This document shows positions 1 to 14,850 of a stretch of DNA of 64,000 nt, piece after piece. Source of the stretch: Eubacteriales bacterium (lineage in GTDB: Bacteria; Bacillota; Clostridia; Peptostreptococcales; Anaerovoracaceae); the NCBI GenBank assembly GCA_028706405.1, contig JAQWBM010000004.1, forward strand, positions 3,294 to 67,293, read 5' to 3'. A program made the translations under genes and the position numbers. The number at the start of each line of letters is the position of its first letter. Positions within the stretch are counted from its first letter, which is position 1. Below the pieces are notes generated by a model. The model saw only the letters and a list, made by a program, of their open reading frames with translations, was not told the origin of the DNA and did not search any database.

Positions 1-150
1 CTTGAAAGTGCCGGTAACTTTTTTATCAGGATCAGCCAGTATCCCGCTGTAGATCCTGGTTTCGGCAGAACTGTATTCCTTCCAGAAAGCTTCAAAGGTT
101 TCATCGGTCTGGTTATTGATCAGATCTTGCCACTGCTCATACAAAGTCAT
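1..150 (-). CDS. 5' part of a conserved clostridial protein, possibly SEC-C metal-binding family; runs off the window edge
   Basis: Not in ORF track. Manual translation from ATG at 150: MTLYEQWQDLINNQTDETFEAFWKEYSSAETRIYSGILADPDKKVTGTFK, open to base 1; lies directly downstream of hom. Confidence 0.55.
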   Translation of the reverse strand, partial: MTLYEQWQDLINNQTDETFEAFWKEYSSAETRIYSGILADPDKKVTGTFK

Positions 151-177
151 TGCGCGTTTCCCCCAATCGTATATCCC

Positions 178-1467
178 TTACATTACTCTGATTATGCTTT
201 TAATTTCACTGGCAAATTTTGAACTGCCGATCTTATCCAATGCTTCGTCAAGCCTGGCTCGGGTGACCTCGTGAAGTATAAATATCAGGGGAACTTCTCT
301 GTTTGTATTTACATCCTTGGACAACTGCAAAACGGAATCAACACCGATGCCAAAGGCTCCAAAGGTGGTGGATATGCCCCCAAGGACTCCGGGCACGTCC
401 TTTACCATCATGTTGACGTAGTATTTATTCTGGCCCTCACCCACATATCTCAGCATCTTTACGGCTTTAGATTCCGTATGATGATCAAAAGCGGCGTTCT
501 TTGCAATCGCTCTTGAGATTTCGATAACATCACCCATAACAGCGCTGCCTGTAGGTAACGGGCCTGCGCCTTTGCCATAGAACATTAGATCATCCACTGC
601 ATTGCCGGTTACAAAGATTGCGTTAAATTCATTGCTGACGGCTGCAAGGGGATGGTCCTTAGGCACGAAAGCCGGTTGTACATGGGCCTCCAGTTGATCT
701 CCTACCTTTTTCGCTGTAGCGAGCAGCTTGATCTTATAACCGAACTTATCTGCAAGCGCAATGTCATCCTTGGATATTTTTGTGATACCTTCCGTTGGTA
801 TCTCATTCGTCGTAACTCTGATGCCAAAGACCAGGGAAATAAGGATGGAAAGCTTATTGGCTACGTCTATTCCTTCTACATCTGCAGTAGGATCTGCTTC
901 GGCAAAGCCTTTTTCTTGAGCCACCTTAAGAACATCTGCATAATCCAGACCATATTCTGTCATTTGGGTCAGTATATAATTAGTAGTGCCGTTAACGATT
1001 CCCAGAATTTCTTCAAATTTATTTGCAAGCAGCGCAGTGGTCAAGGCATTCAAAATAGGGATGCCGCCGCCGACACTTGCTTCATAACGGAACATTACAT
1101 GATTTCTTTTCGCTGCATCCATAAAATCATCAAAATTTGCCGCTACCGCCGCTTTATTGGCCGTAACCACATGTTTTTTGTTTTCTAATGCCTTCAGCAT
1201 GAAACCACTGGCAGGTTCAATTCCCCCAAGCAGCTCTATTACTATATCAATAGACGGATCCAGAAGAATATCATCAGGATTTTGCGTGAACTGATCATGT
1301 GAGACCGAGATGTCTCTTTTTCTGCCTACATCCTTTTCGAGTATTTTGACTATTTCAATTGAAAGACCTGTATTTGCTTCGATTTGCTTTCTATTCATTT
1401 CTAAAGTCTTGTAGGTCCCGGTACCGATATTCCCGAGGCCGAGGAGTCCGATCTTTATCGCATTCAT
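178..1467 (-). CDS. hom: Homoserine dehydrogenase with C-terminal ACT domain
   Basis: GLLGLGNIG Rossmann motif, VVTANKA, YEASVGGGIP, GIVNGTTNYIL, EADPTADVEG. Confidence 0.95.
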   Translation of the reverse strand: MNAIKIGLLGLGNIGTGTYKTLEMNRKQIEANTGLSIEIVKILEKDVGRKRDISVSHDQFTQNPDDILLDPSIDIVIELLGGIEPASGFMLKALENKKHVVTANKAAVAANFDDFMDAAKRNHVMFRYEASVGGGIPILNALTTALLANKFEEILGIVNGTTNYILTQMTEYGLDYADVLKVAQEKGFAEADPTADVEGIDVANKLSILISLVFGIRVTTNEIPTEGITKISKDDIALADKFGYKIKLLATAKKVGDQLEAHVQPAFVPKDHPLAAVSNEFNAIFVTGNAVDDLMFYGKGAGPLPTGSAVMGDVIEISRAIAKNAAFDHHTESKAVKMLRYVGEGQNKYYVNMMVKDVPGVLGGISTTFGAFGIGVDSVLQLSKDVNTNREVPLIFILHEVTRARLDEALDKIGSSKFASEIKSIIRVM

Positions 1468-1583
1468 TGCAACAACCTCCTAATAATTATCAACGTAATG
1501 CGTTAAATATATCATATAATTGTAAAATTGTCTTTAAAAAATTACAAAAATTTATTATAGTGTTATAATAGAGGTGATTCAAT

Positions 1584-2054
1584 TTGACTATACATATCGT
1601 ACTTGTTGAGCCTGAAATACCGCCAAACACAGGAAATATCGCCCGATCCTGTGTAGCGACCGGTTCAAGACTGCATCTGATAAAACCGTTAGGCTTCTCT
1701 CTTGAAGACAGGTATTTAAAAAGAGCCGGGCTGGATTACTGGCCATATGTTAATCTGGAGGTATACGAAAATTTAGAGGATTTTCTTGAAAAATACAGTG
1801 ATATACCAATATATTTGGCGACAACAAAAGGAGTCAGGAATTACGCAGATGTTCATTATGAAGAAAATGTTATACTTATGTTTGGTAAGGAAACAGCCGG
1901 ACTTCCAAGTTATTTGATCGATGAATTCAAGGATAGAACAATACGTATCCCTATGAGCAAGGAGACAAGATTCCGTTCACTGAATGTATCAAACTCGGCA
2001 AATATTATTTTGTTTGAAGTTCTGCGTCAGCATAAATTTCTCGATTTCGACTAA
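1584..2054 (+). CDS. trmL: tRNA (cytidine(34)-2'-O)-methyltransferase, SPOUT family
   Basis: EPEIPPNTGNIAR, RAGLDYW, FGKETAGLP, RSLNVSNS; TTG start. Confidence 0.93.
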   Translation: MTIHIVLVEPEIPPNTGNIARSCVATGSRLHLIKPLGFSLEDRYLKRAGLDYWPYVNLEVYENLEDFLEKYSDIPIYLATTKGVRNYADVHYEENVILMFGKETAGLPSYLIDEFKDRTIRIPMSKETRFRSLNVSNSANIILFEVLRQHKFLDFD

Positions 2055-2339
2055 GAGTATAATCGATTTTGCAACAAGGCAAAGATATCCCCCTATCTCT
2101 TTAGGTGGCGGGTACTTAAGCAGTTATAAATGCTGCTTTTAAATTTATATTATTTATATTATTTTAGCACAAAATTGGAATAACTATAGCTATGGTATAA
2201 TGCAGCAGAAATCTAAAAGTTTAAAAAGAGTTTAAACCTTGTGATTTCTTTGCATAAGTTCGCTGTCAATTTGTTTTACAAATTGGTCAAGCTGGCAGAT
2301 TAAGAGGTTTTAAGCAAACCTTTCATAATGAGGTGCATT

Positions 2340-3782
2340 ATGAGATTAGGGTACGAACTGACAATTGAACAATCGCAGAAACTGGTTATGACTCCGGAGC
2401 TTATTCAAGCAATTCAGATACTTCAGTTCAACACACAGGAGCTGGAGAACTATGTGGAAGAACAATTGCTGACAAATCCAATCCTTGAAACTGCAAATAC
2501 TGCATTATCTGATCATACAGAAGGCGAAGGCGGAAAACTCGAGGAAGATTTCTCTTCAAAAGCGGAAACGGAAGATTTTAAGGGAAAAGATGATACTGAA
2601 ATTGACTGGGCGGAGCATTTTAAAGAAAAAGGATACGATGATATAAGCTACAGGCAGTGGGAATATAACTCAGAAAATAATGATTACACCTATGAGCAAT
2701 ATGTATCTTCTGAAATTACACTGACTGAGCACTTGATGTTCCAGCTGCAGTTTGCTCCGATCAAGCACAGCTGTCGGAATATTGGCAGATATATTATAGA
2801 GTCACTTGATGAAAACGGCTATATGACCTTGGATGTAGAGGAAATTGCAAAAGAGCTAGGGGTAAGTCTAAACTATGTAAATATCGTATTGGAAGCGATT
2901 CAGGGATTTGAACCGATTGGTGTAGGGGCAAAAAACCTGAAGGATTGTTTGCTGATCCAGCTTAGACACCAGAATAATAACAGCCCTTTGATCGAGGAGA
3001 TCATCAATAATTATCTCGAAGATATCGCCTGCAACAGGCTTAACAATATTGCAAAAGCTCTGAATGTTTCCGTAAAAGAAATCCAGGAAGCAGGAGACAT
3101 TATAAAGGGATTGGAGCCGAAGCCGGGCAGGCAGTTCAGCTCCACAGACGAAACCAGATATATAATACCCGATGTAACAGTAGAGAAAATCGATGGTGAG
3201 TATATTGTGACCGTCAATGAAAGCAGCGCACCGCGTCTGAATATCAGCCATTACTACCAAAAAATGCTGATAAATTCTGACAAGGAATCCAATATATCCA
3301 AATTTTTGACAGGAAGATTAAACTCGGCATTATGGCTTATTAAGAGCATCGAACAGCGTAAACAAACTATTTACAACGTGGTTAGCGCAGTTGTGAAATA
3401 TCAGGTCGATTTTTTTGAAAAGGGGCCGAAATATTTAAAAACGCTGACATTAAAACAAATAGCTGATGAGGTGGGCATCCATGAATCTACGGTTAGCCGT
3501 TCTATTAACGGAAAATATATGCAATGCCCAAGAGGAATGTTTGAAATCAAATATTTCTTTACAAGCGGTGTGCCAGGCAACAGCGGCGAGGGTATTTCAT
3601 CGGAAAGCATAAAAACTTTTATCAGGGAAATAGTAGAAAGTGAGGATCCGAAAGCGCCGCTTAGCGACCAGGCTATGGTAGGGCTGCTTGCGGAACGGGG
3701 AATTGAAATTTCCAGAAGAACAGTCGCCAAATATAGAGATGAAATGCGCCTGCCGTCTTCTTCGAAAAGAAAAAGGTATTAG
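2340..3782 (+). CDS. rpoN: RNA polymerase sigma-54 factor
   Basis: Q/L-rich region I, HESTVSR helix-turn-helix, RpoN box SRRTVAKYR; ATG 2340 follows an AGGTG RBS. Confidence 0.96.
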   Translation: MRLGYELTIEQSQKLVMTPELIQAIQILQFNTQELENYVEEQLLTNPILETANTALSDHTEGEGGKLEEDFSSKAETEDFKGKDDTEIDWAEHFKEKGYDDISYRQWEYNSENNDYTYEQYVSSEITLTEHLMFQLQFAPIKHSCRNIGRYIIESLDENGYMTLDVEEIAKELGVSLNYVNIVLEAIQGFEPIGVGAKNLKDCLLIQLRHQNNNSPLIEEIINNYLEDIACNRLNNIAKALNVSVKEIQEAGDIIKGLEPKPGRQFSSTDETRYIIPDVTVEKIDGEYIVTVNESSAPRLNISHYYQKMLINSDKESNISKFLTGRLNSALWLIKSIEQRKQTIYNVVSAVVKYQVDFFEKGPKYLKTLTLKQIADEVGIHESTVSRSINGKYMQCPRGMFEIKYFFTSGVPGNSGEGISSESIKTFIREIVESEDPKAPLSDQAMVGLLAERGIEISRRTVAKYRDEMRLPSSSKRKRY

Positions 3783-3835
3783 CGGTTAAAACAAAACAGC
3801 GGCTGGACGGCAACAAATATGAGTTATGAGTTTAG

Positions 3836-4861
<1,026 letters not shown>

Positions 4862-4863
4862 TA

Positions 4864-6054
4864 ATGAGCAAGAAGACGGTAAAGGATATCGAAGTAAAAA
4901 ATAAAACGGTTATCGTCCGATGTGATTTCAATGTGCCTCAGGACCAAGACGGCAACATTACAGATGACATAAGGATTACAAGTTCTATTCCAACAATAAG
5001 CTACCTGGTTGAACAAGGAGCCAAGGTGATCCTGATGTCCCATCTGGGAAGACCGGAAGGCAAAGCAGATATGAAATATACTCTCAAGCCTGTAGCAGTC
5101 AGGCTGTCAGAGGTGCTTGGCAGAATAGTTATTTTTATAAGCGCGCCTGAAGTTGTAAACAGGCAGGTAACAGAAGCCGCTGCCGGAATGTCTGCTGGGG
5201 ATGTGATGCTGCTTGAAAATGTGAGATTCCGCAGTGAGGAAACGAAAAACGGAGCAAACTTCTCGAAAGAGCTTGCCGGTTTAGCGGACATTTTCGTAAA
5301 TGATGCGTTTGGAACAGCACATAGAGCTCATTCTTCAACGGTGGGCATTGCAGCATATTTGCCTGCAGTGTCCGGTTTTTTGATTGAAAAAGAAGTCAAA
5401 TTTCTGGGAGATGCAGTCGATTCACCTGAAAGGCCTTTTGTGGCTATGCTTGGCGGAGCCAAAGTGGCTGATAAGATTCCGGTGATCGAAAACCTTTTAA
5501 ACAATGTTGACACCTTGATGATAGGAGGAGGAATGGCCTATACATTCTTGAAAGCAAAAGGAAATGAAATCGGGAAATCTATTTTGGATGAAGAAAAAAT
5601 AGAATTGGCTGCAGAACTCATGAAGAAAGCGGAAGCAAAAGGTGTAAAGCTTATGCTCCCAATAGATATCGTAGCCGCGAAGGAATTCAGTAATGATTCT
5701 GAAAGGGCTGAATTTGAAAGCGGAAATATTCCTCAGGACTGGATGGGGTTGGATATTGGGACAAATACAGCGGAGCTTTTCAGAGAAGAAATACTTAAGG
5801 CGGGCACTGCGGTCTGGAATGGACCGATGGGTGTTTTTGAAATGCCTAATTATGCAAATGGCACCAAAAAAGTCGCAGAAGCCCTGGCTGAAAGCAACGG
5901 AGTAACGATCATCGGCGGAGGCGATTCTGCGGCGGCAGTTGAGCAGTTTGGCATGGCGGATAAAATGACACATATATCTACCGGAGGCGGCGCCTCTTTG
6001 GAATTTCTGGAAGGAAAGGAACTGCCCGGTATTGCGGTATTGATGGAGAAATGA
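4864..6054 (+). CDS. pgk: Phosphoglycerate kinase
   Basis: [39 protein letters not shown]; start moved to ATG 4864. Confidence 0.98.
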   Translation: MSKKTVKDIEVKNKTVIVRCDFNVPQDQDGNITDDIRITSSIPTISYLVEQGAKVILMSHLGRPEGKADMKYTLKPVAVRLSEVLGRIVIFISAPEVVNRQVTEAAAGMSAGDVMLLENVRFRSEETKNGANFSKELAGLADIFVNDAFGTAHRAHSSTVGIAAYLPAVSGFLIEKEVKFLGDAVDSPERPFVAMLGGAKVADKIPVIENLLNNVDTLMIGGGMAYTFLKAKGNEIGKSILDEEKIELAAELMKKAEAKGVKLMLPIDIVAAKEFSNDSERAEFESGNIPQDWMGLDIGTNTAELFREEILKAGTAVWNGPMGVFEMPNYANGTKKVAEALAESNGVTIIGGGDSAAAVEQFGMADKMTHISTGGGASLEFLEGKELPGIAVLMEK

Positions 6055-6085
6055 AATGATGGAATGTAACAGTTGGAGGTAGATT

Positions 6086-8136
<2,051 letters not shown>

Positions 8137-8227
8137 TGTTAATTTGATTGATTTTTTACTTAAATTATTGATTAATGTAACATATTATGGTATAATAATC
8201 AGATTGAATTGATTAGGAGGTACAAAA

Positions 8228-8458
8228 GTGCAAATATTCTTAATGATATTGCTTGCAATTGCCAGTATTGTACTAATCGCCAGCATACTTATGCAGTCCG
8301 GAAACAGTGCGGGATTGTCAGGATCAATAGGCGGCGGTGCAGAACAGCTTTTCGGTAAAAAGAAGGGCAGAGGTTATGAAGCAATATTAAGTAAAATCAG
8401 CACCATAGGTGCAATTGTATTTATTTCATGTTCACTTTTACTCGTTGCGATTGAGTAA
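8228..8458 (+). CDS. secG: Preprotein translocase subunit SecG
   Basis: Two hydrophobic segments around GLSGSIGGGAEQLFG; usual position after eno. Confidence 0.92.
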   Translation: MQIFLMILLAIASIVLIASILMQSGNSAGLSGSIGGGAEQLFGKKKGRGYEAILSKISTIGAIVFISCSLLLVAIE

Positions 8459-8500
8459 TATGGTTGGAAAGAAAAAACAATTTAATATAGCTTTCCTCAT

Positions 8501-8532
8501 TTGGATTTATTACTAATTGGATTTATTACTAA
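8501..8532. repeat. Perfect tandem duplication of 16 bp (TTGGATTTATTACTAA x2)
   Basis: Read directly at 8501-8516 and 8517-8532, upstream of hppA. Confidence 0.95.
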
Positions 8533-8589
8533 GAGGTACTTATGTGCCTCTTTAATTTATGATCGCTTTTTTAGGAGGGATTTAAGTTT

Positions 8590-10617
8590 ATGGATACATT
8601 AGCTTTTTCAGCTCCGTTTGCAGCCGTCATTGCATTGGTATTTGCTTTCGGTTTAACTAATTGGGTTGGCAAACAGGACCCGGGAACAGATCGAATGAAG
8701 GAAATCTCCGGCTACATAAGAGAAGGCGCCATGGCATTCCTGCGGCGTGAATATCAGTACATGGTCATCGTTATTGTAATACTTTTTCTTGTTTTAGGAT
8801 TTTTAATCAATTGGATTACTGCTGTACTTTATGTATTCGGTTCACTTTTTTCGGTTCTTGCAGGATATTTCGGAATGACAGTAGCCACAAAGGGAAATAC
8901 ACGAACTGCAGCTGCAGCCATGACAAGAGGGATGAACAAAGCTCTGAAGATTGCTTTCAGAAGCGGTGCGGTCATGGGTCTTTGTGTGGTAGGACTTGGT
9001 CTGCTTGGTCTTGGTACGATTTTCGTAATTATGGGTACTGACTCAGCAGCTGTCGTCACAGGATTCAGTCTCGGTGCATCTTCCATGGCACTATTTGGAC
9101 GTGTTGGCGGCGGTATTTACACAAAAGCTGCAGATGTCGGCGCAGACCTTGTAGGAAAGGTTGAAGCAGGAATACCTGAGGATGATCCGAGAAACCCTGC
9201 GGTTATAGCAGATAATGTAGGAGATAATGTTGGTGATGTTGCAGGTATGGGATCCGACTTGTTTGAATCCTATGTAGGCTCAATCGTTTCTGCAATTACT
9301 CTGGCGGTCATCATACCGACTGTAACGCCAAGGTTTGGACCAGAATTTGAATTGCCGCCTCTGGAAGGCTGCATTTTTCCTCTGGCACTTTCAGCTATCG
9401 GAATCATTGCTTCCATAATTGGAGTAATGTGCGTACGTGGCGGTGAAAAGGGAAATCCGGCTGCAGCTATGAATGCCGGAACCTATCTGAGCAGTGCAAT
9501 TGTTATTATCGGCGCTGTCGTACTCAGTAAATTATTATTCGGCAACTACAATTGTGCCATTGCAATTGTTGCGGGCTTGATTGTTGGTTCCGCCATAGGT
9601 AAAATAACTGAAATATATACTTCAAGCGATTATAAGCATGTTAAAAAAATTGCAGAACAATCTCAGACAGGCTCTGCTACTGCAATAATCAGCGGAATGG
9701 GCGTTGGAATGCTTTCCACAGTCTGGCCCCTCCTTTTTATTGCCGTAGGAATCCTTGTTGCAGACGCATATGCGGGCCTATACGGAATTGCGCTTGCAGC
9801 GGTGGGAATGCTTTCCACCACAGGTATGGTAGTTGCGGTAGACGCGTATGGACCTGTATCGGATAATGCGGGAGGGATTGCTGAAATGGCTGAACTTCCT
9901 CATGATGTAAGAGTCATTACTGACAAGCTGGATTCAGTCGGAAATACAACAGCAGCTATAGGAAAAGGCTTTGCCATAGGTTCTGCGGCGTTAACAGCAT
10001 TGGCACTGTTTGCATCCTATTCTCAGGTTGCAATGCTTAAGGAAATCAGTCTGCTCTCCCCTCTGGTAATTGCCGGTCTGTTTATAGGGGCAATGCTCCC
10101 GTTCCTGTTCTCCGCGATGACCATGAATTCAGTAGGTAAAGCAGCGAATGATATGATCGAGGAGGTAAGAAGGCAATTTCGTGAAGATTCCGGAATTATG
10201 GCCGGAACATCCAAGCCCCAATATGCAAGATGCGTTGATATCAGCACAAAAGCCGCATTGAAAGAAATGCTTGCTCCGGGATTGCTGGCAATTATTGCTC
10301 CGTTGGCAGTTGGTATCATCATGGGCACTGAAGCATTGGGCGGAATGCTGGCAGGTGCGCTTGCATCCGGCGTTCTTCTGGCTATCATGATGGCAAATGC
10401 GGGAGGAGCCTGGGACAATTCTAAAAAATACATCGAAGAAGGGCATTATGGCGGTAAAGGCAGTGAAGCCCACAAGGCAGGAGTCGTAGGAGATACTGTC
10501 GGCGACCCATTTAAAGATACAGCAGGTCCTTCGATCAATATCCTGATCAAATTGATGACAATAGTGTCACTTGTATTTGCTCCGCTCTTCGTTAAAATCG
10601 GCGGATTAATACTGTAA
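8590..10617 (+). CDS. hppA: Membrane ion-translocating pyrophosphatase, K+-dependent type, probably Na+-pumping
   Basis: [30 protein letters not shown] motifs; GNTTAA (Ala, not Lys) marks the K+-dependent subfamily. Confidence 0.93.
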   Translation: MDTLAFSAPFAAVIALVFAFGLTNWVGKQDPGTDRMKEISGYIREGAMAFLRREYQYMVIVIVILFLVLGFLINWITAVLYVFGSLFSVLAGYFGMTVATKGNTRTAAAAMTRGMNKALKIAFRSGAVMGLCVVGLGLLGLGTIFVIMGTDSAAVVTGFSLGASSMALFGRVGGGIYTKAADVGADLVGKVEAGIPEDDPRNPAVIADNVGDNVGDVAGMGSDLFESYVGSIVSAITLAVIIPTVTPRFGPEFELPPLEGCIFPLALSAIGIIASIIGVMCVRGGEKGNPAAAMNAGTYLSSAIVIIGAVVLSKLLFGNYNCAIAIVAGLIVGSAIGKITEIYTSSDYKHVKKIAEQSQTGSATAIISGMGVGMLSTVWPLLFIAVGILVADAYAGLYGIALAAVGMLSTTGMVVAVDAYGPVSDNAGGIAEMAELPHDVRVITDKLDSVGNTTAAIGKGFAIGSAALTALALFASYSQVAMLKEISLLSPLVIAGLFIGAMLPFLFSAMTMNSVGKAANDMIEEVRRQFREDSGIMAGTSKPQYARCVDISTKAALKEMLAPGLLAIIAPLAVGIIMGTEALGGMLAGALASGVLLAIMMANAGGAWDNSKKYIEEGHYGGKGSEAHKAGVVGDTVGDPFKDTAGPSINILIKLMTIVSLVFAPLFVKIGGLIL

Positions 10618-10632
10618 TTGAGACTTAAAAAT

Positions 10633-10658
10633 AAAGCCCCTGTTTTTTAGGGGCTTTT
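10633..10658 (+). terminator. Intrinsic terminator after hppA
   Basis: AAAGCCCCT-N7-AGGGGCTTT(T) hairpin. Confidence 0.8.
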
Positions 10659-10800
10659 GCTATGGCAACCTGATTCGTGAATTTTGCCTTATTTATGCCT
10701 TGTCCTATTTGCACAAAGAAAAATCCGATATCTTGTTGACAACAACATAAAAAAACATTAAGATTTATTTATTATTATGAGAAGGTGGTGTATTATCGAA

Positions 10801-11976
10801 ATGAAAAAATCTCTAGTATTATTGCTGGCTTTGATTCTGGTAATTGGTTCATTTACTGCCTGTGGCGATGACGCGGACACTGGTGACGCAGATGCAACAG
10901 AAGTAAAAATTGGTGTAAACTATGAATTGACAGGTGCTGTAGCTACATACGGAGAAGCTTCTAAAGACGGTATCCTGATGGCATTTGAAGAAATTAATGC
11001 AGCAGGAGGAGTTAACGGGCTCCAGATTGTTCCTGTAACAGTCGATAACAAGTCTGATGCTGCGGAAGCGACTTCACTGGCAACAAGACTGATGACTCAG
11101 GAGGGAGTAGCAGCTTGTCTTGGACCTGCTACATCAGGAAACTATATGGCTACCATTCCTGTAGCGATGGGGAATGGAATTCCGATCATTTCTGCTTCCG
11201 CTACAGCAGATGATGGCGTAACTGTTGATGCAAACGGAAACATCAACGAATATGTTTTCAGACTTTGCTTCAACGATTCCTTCCAGGGAGTAACCATGGC
11301 AAACTTCGCTTCGGAAAACCTTGAAGCCAAGACCGCTGTAATCATTCAGGACAATTCCAGTGATTATGCAAAAGGTCTTGCTAAGAACTTTAAATCAACC
11401 TTTACTGATGCCGGAGGTACTATTGTGGCAGAAGAAGGTTATCTGTCAAAGGATAAGGATTTTAATGCGATTCTGACCAGTATCAAAGGTAAGGAATTTG
11501 ATGTAATCTTCCTCCCCGGATACTATCAGGAAGCCGGCTTGGTCATCAAGCAGGCACGTGATCTAGGAATCACTGCTCCAATTCTAGGTGCTGACGGATT
11601 TGATTCACCTGTTCTGTTAGAGCTTGCCGGAGCGGAAGCTTTGAATGATGTTTATTTTTCGAACCATTATTCATCACAGGATCAAGACCCGCTGGTACAG
11701 GATTTTATCGCAGCTTTTAAGGATAAATACGGCACAGAACCAAACGCATTCCATGCTCTCGGGTATGACCTTGGGAAATTTATTGCTGACGCAATTGAGC
11801 GTGCCGGATCAACGGATCCTGATGCTATCAAAGATGCTCTTGCAGGAACAACCAACTTTGTCGGTGTAACCGGTACTTTCAGTATAGGAGAAGATCATAA
11901 TCCGATAAAATCCATAGTAGTTATCGGACTTGAAGACGGTGTTCAGGCTACAAGCGTTAAGGTAGATCCAAAATAA
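10801..11976 (+). CDS. livK: Branched-chain amino acid ABC transporter substrate-binding lipoprotein
   Basis: Lipobox FTAC; periplasmic-binding-protein type 1 motifs; heads the liv cluster; ATG 10801. Confidence 0.88.
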   Translation: MKKSLVLLLALILVIGSFTACGDDADTGDADATEVKIGVNYELTGAVATYGEASKDGILMAFEEINAAGGVNGLQIVPVTVDNKSDAAEATSLATRLMTQEGVAACLGPATSGNYMATIPVAMGNGIPIISASATADDGVTVDANGNINEYVFRLCFNDSFQGVTMANFASENLEAKTAVIIQDNSSDYAKGLAKNFKSTFTDAGGTIVAEEGYLSKDKDFNAILTSIKGKEFDVIFLPGYYQEAGLVIKQARDLGITAPILGADGFDSPVLLELAGAEALNDVYFSNHYSSQDQDPLVQDFIAAFKDKYGTEPNAFHALGYDLGKFIADAIERAGSTDPDAIKDALAGTTNFVGVTGTFSIGEDHNPIKSIVVIGLEDGVQATSVKVDPK

Positions 11977-12211
11977 AAATATATGCTAAATCATATTTCC
12001 CGGGATACCCCGGGAATATATTTGGGAAAGTATATAGATACTATTTATATTGACAGTATTCAGGCGAAATGCGCCTTTCTAAACAATTGGCTTATAAGCG
12101 AACAGTAGTTATGATAATCAAGTTAGAGTGCATGCTCTAACTTAATTATTGTTTAAAATCGGTACTGATTTTTAAAAATAAAGAAATAATCGATGTGGAG
12201 GTGCCAAAACC

Positions 12212-13090
12212 TTGGATCAATTCTTGCAACAGATCGTAAACGGAATTTCCCTTGGCAGTATTTATGCTCTAATTGCCTTAGGGTATACAATGATCTATGG
12301 GATAATAAAATTAATAAACTTTGCTCATGGCGATATATACATGATTGGTGCTTACATCGGCTTTGCGGTCACCACATATACTAATCTCGGATTTTTCCCG
12401 GCACTTATTATTGCCATGGCTGGTTGTACAGTCTTAGGCGTTACGATTGAAAAGATAGCATATAGGCCGCTGAGAAACGCGTCCAGAATAGCTGTTTTAA
12501 TCACTGCAATCGGTATGTCTTTTTTCCTTGAATATACAATGATGTTCTTTGTCGGTGCGGAGGTAAGGTCTTACCCTATGATATTATCCAAGAAAACATT
12601 CAATTTTGGGGATATTCTTATTAATATACAGCAGATTTATATAGTTCTTACTGCAGTGGCACTTATGATATTACTCCAGTTTATTGTGCATAAAACTAAG
12701 ACCGGTAAAGCTATGCGTGCCGTTTCTGTTGACAAGGAAGCAGCACAACTGATGGGCATAAATGTTAATACTACGATTTCATTTACATTTGCTATCGGTT
12801 CGGCCTTTGCAGGCGCTGCCGGTGTATTGGTTGGAATATATTATAACTCGATAGATCCTCTTATGGGAATGATGCCCGGCTTAAAAGCTTTTGTAGCTGC
12901 TGTTTTCGGAGGTATAGGAAACATTCCGGGAGCCATGATAGGAGGACTTGGCATAGGTATTATGGAGACGCTTATTTCCGGATACGGAAATTCAATGTAC
13001 CGAGATGCCGCGGTATTTGCATTGCTGATCATTATATTGATCGTTAAGCCGACAGGTCTTCTCGGCAAGAATACAAGAGAGAAGGTGTAA
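12212..13090 (+). CDS. livH: Branched-chain amino acid ABC permease
   Basis: GSIYALIALGYTMIYG, INFAHG, GGIGNIPGAMIGG. Confidence 0.92.
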   Translation: MDQFLQQIVNGISLGSIYALIALGYTMIYGIIKLINFAHGDIYMIGAYIGFAVTTYTNLGFFPALIIAMAGCTVLGVTIEKIAYRPLRNASRIAVLITAIGMSFFLEYTMMFFVGAEVRSYPMILSKKTFNFGDILINIQQIYIVLTAVALMILLQFIVHKTKTGKAMRAVSVDKEAAQLMGINVNTTISFTFAIGSAFAGAAGVLVGIYYNSIDPLMGMMPGLKAFVAAVFGGIGNIPGAMIGGLGIGIMETLISGYGNSMYRDAAVFALLIIILIVKPTGLLGKNTREKV

Positions 13091-13093
13091 TAG

Positions 13094-14050
13094 ATGAGAA
13101 CATTGACGAAAAAAAACTTATTGATTCTTGGTTCCATTTTATTAACCTTTGCGCTTGTACAAGTATTAGTGTTGGTTGGTATTCTTGATAGTTTTTATGA
13201 GATTACCATAGCTACGATATGTATAAATATCATATTAGCCGTAAGTCTAAATCTGGTAACAGGGTTTACAGGACAGTTTTCTCTTGGTCATGCAGGCTTT
13301 ATGTCGATTGGTGCATATGTCTGCGCTATTATTTCAATGCGAATTGGGACTGTGGGCGGATTTCTTTTAGGACTTTTAGCAGGCGCCCTTGCCGCAACCG
13401 TTGTTGGGATTTTGATTGGTATACCCACGCTGCGGTTAAAAGGAGATTATCTGGCAATTGCGACTCTGGGAATGGCTGAGATTATTCGTGTTGTATTTTT
13501 AAATCTGGAGATTACAAATGGGGCTGCGGGATTAAATGGGATTCCCCGATATGCAAACTGGCTTTGGTTGTACTTTTTTACTGTCATGGCAATAGTTATC
13601 ATAAATAATTTTCTCAAATCTTCCCCCGGCCGTGCATGCATTGCGATACGCGAAGACGAGATCGCGGCAGAATCTATGGGTATCAACACAACAAAGTACA
13701 AGGTCATAGCATTTGCAGTCGGCGCTTTTTTTGCAGGACTTGCAGGAGGTCTTTATGCATCGTATTTCTACTTTCTGAAGCCTGACCTGTTCGGCTTCAT
13801 GAAGTCGGTCGATATTTTAGTAATCGTTGTGCTTGGCGGATTAGGAAGCCTAACCGGATCAGTAATTGCGGCCATTTTATTGGGTTTAATAACAACTTTC
13901 CTTCAGTCATTTACGGCAGTGCGAATGATCGTGTATGCAGTACTCCTTGTAGTGATCATGATATTCAGACCGCAGGGATTAATGGGATCCAAAGAAATAA
14001 ACGACTTATTAAAATTTAGATTCGGAAAAAAAGAAGAGAAAATAGAGTGA
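13094..14050 (+). CDS. livM: Branched-chain amino acid ABC permease
   Basis: GQFSLGHAGFM, LRLKGDYLAIATLG, GGLGSLTGS. Confidence 0.92.
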   Translation: MRTLTKKNLLILGSILLTFALVQVLVLVGILDSFYEITIATICINIILAVSLNLVTGFTGQFSLGHAGFMSIGAYVCAIISMRIGTVGGFLLGLLAGALAATVVGILIGIPTLRLKGDYLAIATLGMAEIIRVVFLNLEITNGAAGLNGIPRYANWLWLYFFTVMAIVIINNFLKSSPGRACIAIREDEIAAESMGINTTKYKVIAFAVGAFFAGLAGGLYASYFYFLKPDLFGFMKSVDILVIVVLGGLGSLTGSVIAAILLGLITTFLQSFTAVRMIVYAVLLVVIMIFRPQGLMGSKEINDLLKFRFGKKEEKIE

Positions 14051-14850
14051 AGGAGGTGCCTATAGTGCCATTACTGAAAGTTGACAAATTAACAAAATCC
14101 TTTGGTGGGCTTACCGCAGTATCCAATGTCAGTATTGATATCAATAAAGGGGAGTTGGTTGGACTTATCGGCCCGAATGGCGCCGGAAAAACTACTCTGT
14201 TCAATCTGCTTACCGGGGTATATGTACCCTCATCGGGGTCAATCGCGTTGAAAAAAAACGCAGCAACCATTGAACTTGGCGGAAAAAAGCCGTATCATGT
14301 GACCAAAGAAGGCTTAGCAAGAACATTCCAGAACATAAGATTGTTCAAAGATTTGACCGTTATGGATAATGTGAGGATCGCAATGCATCAGAACGTAAAA
14401 TACGGGTTGGTGTCCGCTTTTCTGCATTTTAATAAATATCATAAAGAAGAAGATGAATTGAAAGCTGAGGCAGAACGGCTTTTGGAAATATTTCATCTTT
14501 CACATAAAAAAATGGAATTGGCAAGAAATCTTCCTTATGGAGAACAGCGTCATCTTGAGATTGCCAGAGCTCTGGCAACAAAACCATCCCTGTTACTGCT
14601 AGATGAGCCCGCGGCAGGTATGAATCCATATGAAACGGCAGCATTGACGGAAATCATAGGTTGGATACGCAACGAATTCGGCCTGACCATATTGTTGATC
14701 GAGCACGACATGTCACTTGTTATGAAAATCTGCGAGCGAATCTATGTACTGGATTACGGTATGCTGATCGCTTCCGGAGAACCGAATAAGATCAAGAAAA
14801 ACAAGAGAGTGATCGAGGCATATTTAGGGGAGGACGTTAGCAATGCTTGA
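14047..14850 (+). CDS. livG: Branched-chain amino acid ABC ATPase
   Basis: GPNGAGKTT, LPYGEQR, LLLDEPAAG. Confidence 0.92.
   Translation: MKEVPIVPLLKVDKLTKSFGGLTAVSNVSIDINKGELVGLIGPNGAGKTTLFNLLTGVYVPSSGSIALKKNAATIELGGKKPYHVTKEGLARTFQNIRLFKDLTVMDNVRIAMHQNVKYGLVSAFLHFNKYHKEEDELKAEAERLLEIFHLSHKKMELARNLPYGEQRHLEIARALATKPSLLLLDEPAAGMNPYETAALTEIIGWIRNEFGLTILLIEHDMSLVMKICERIYVLDYGMLIASGEPNKIKKNKRVIEAYLGEDVSNA

Noticed and set aside
10663-10690. Sigma-54 promoter upstream of livK (TGGCAA...)
   Set aside because: The -12 position reads TTCG instead of TTGC at the required spacing.
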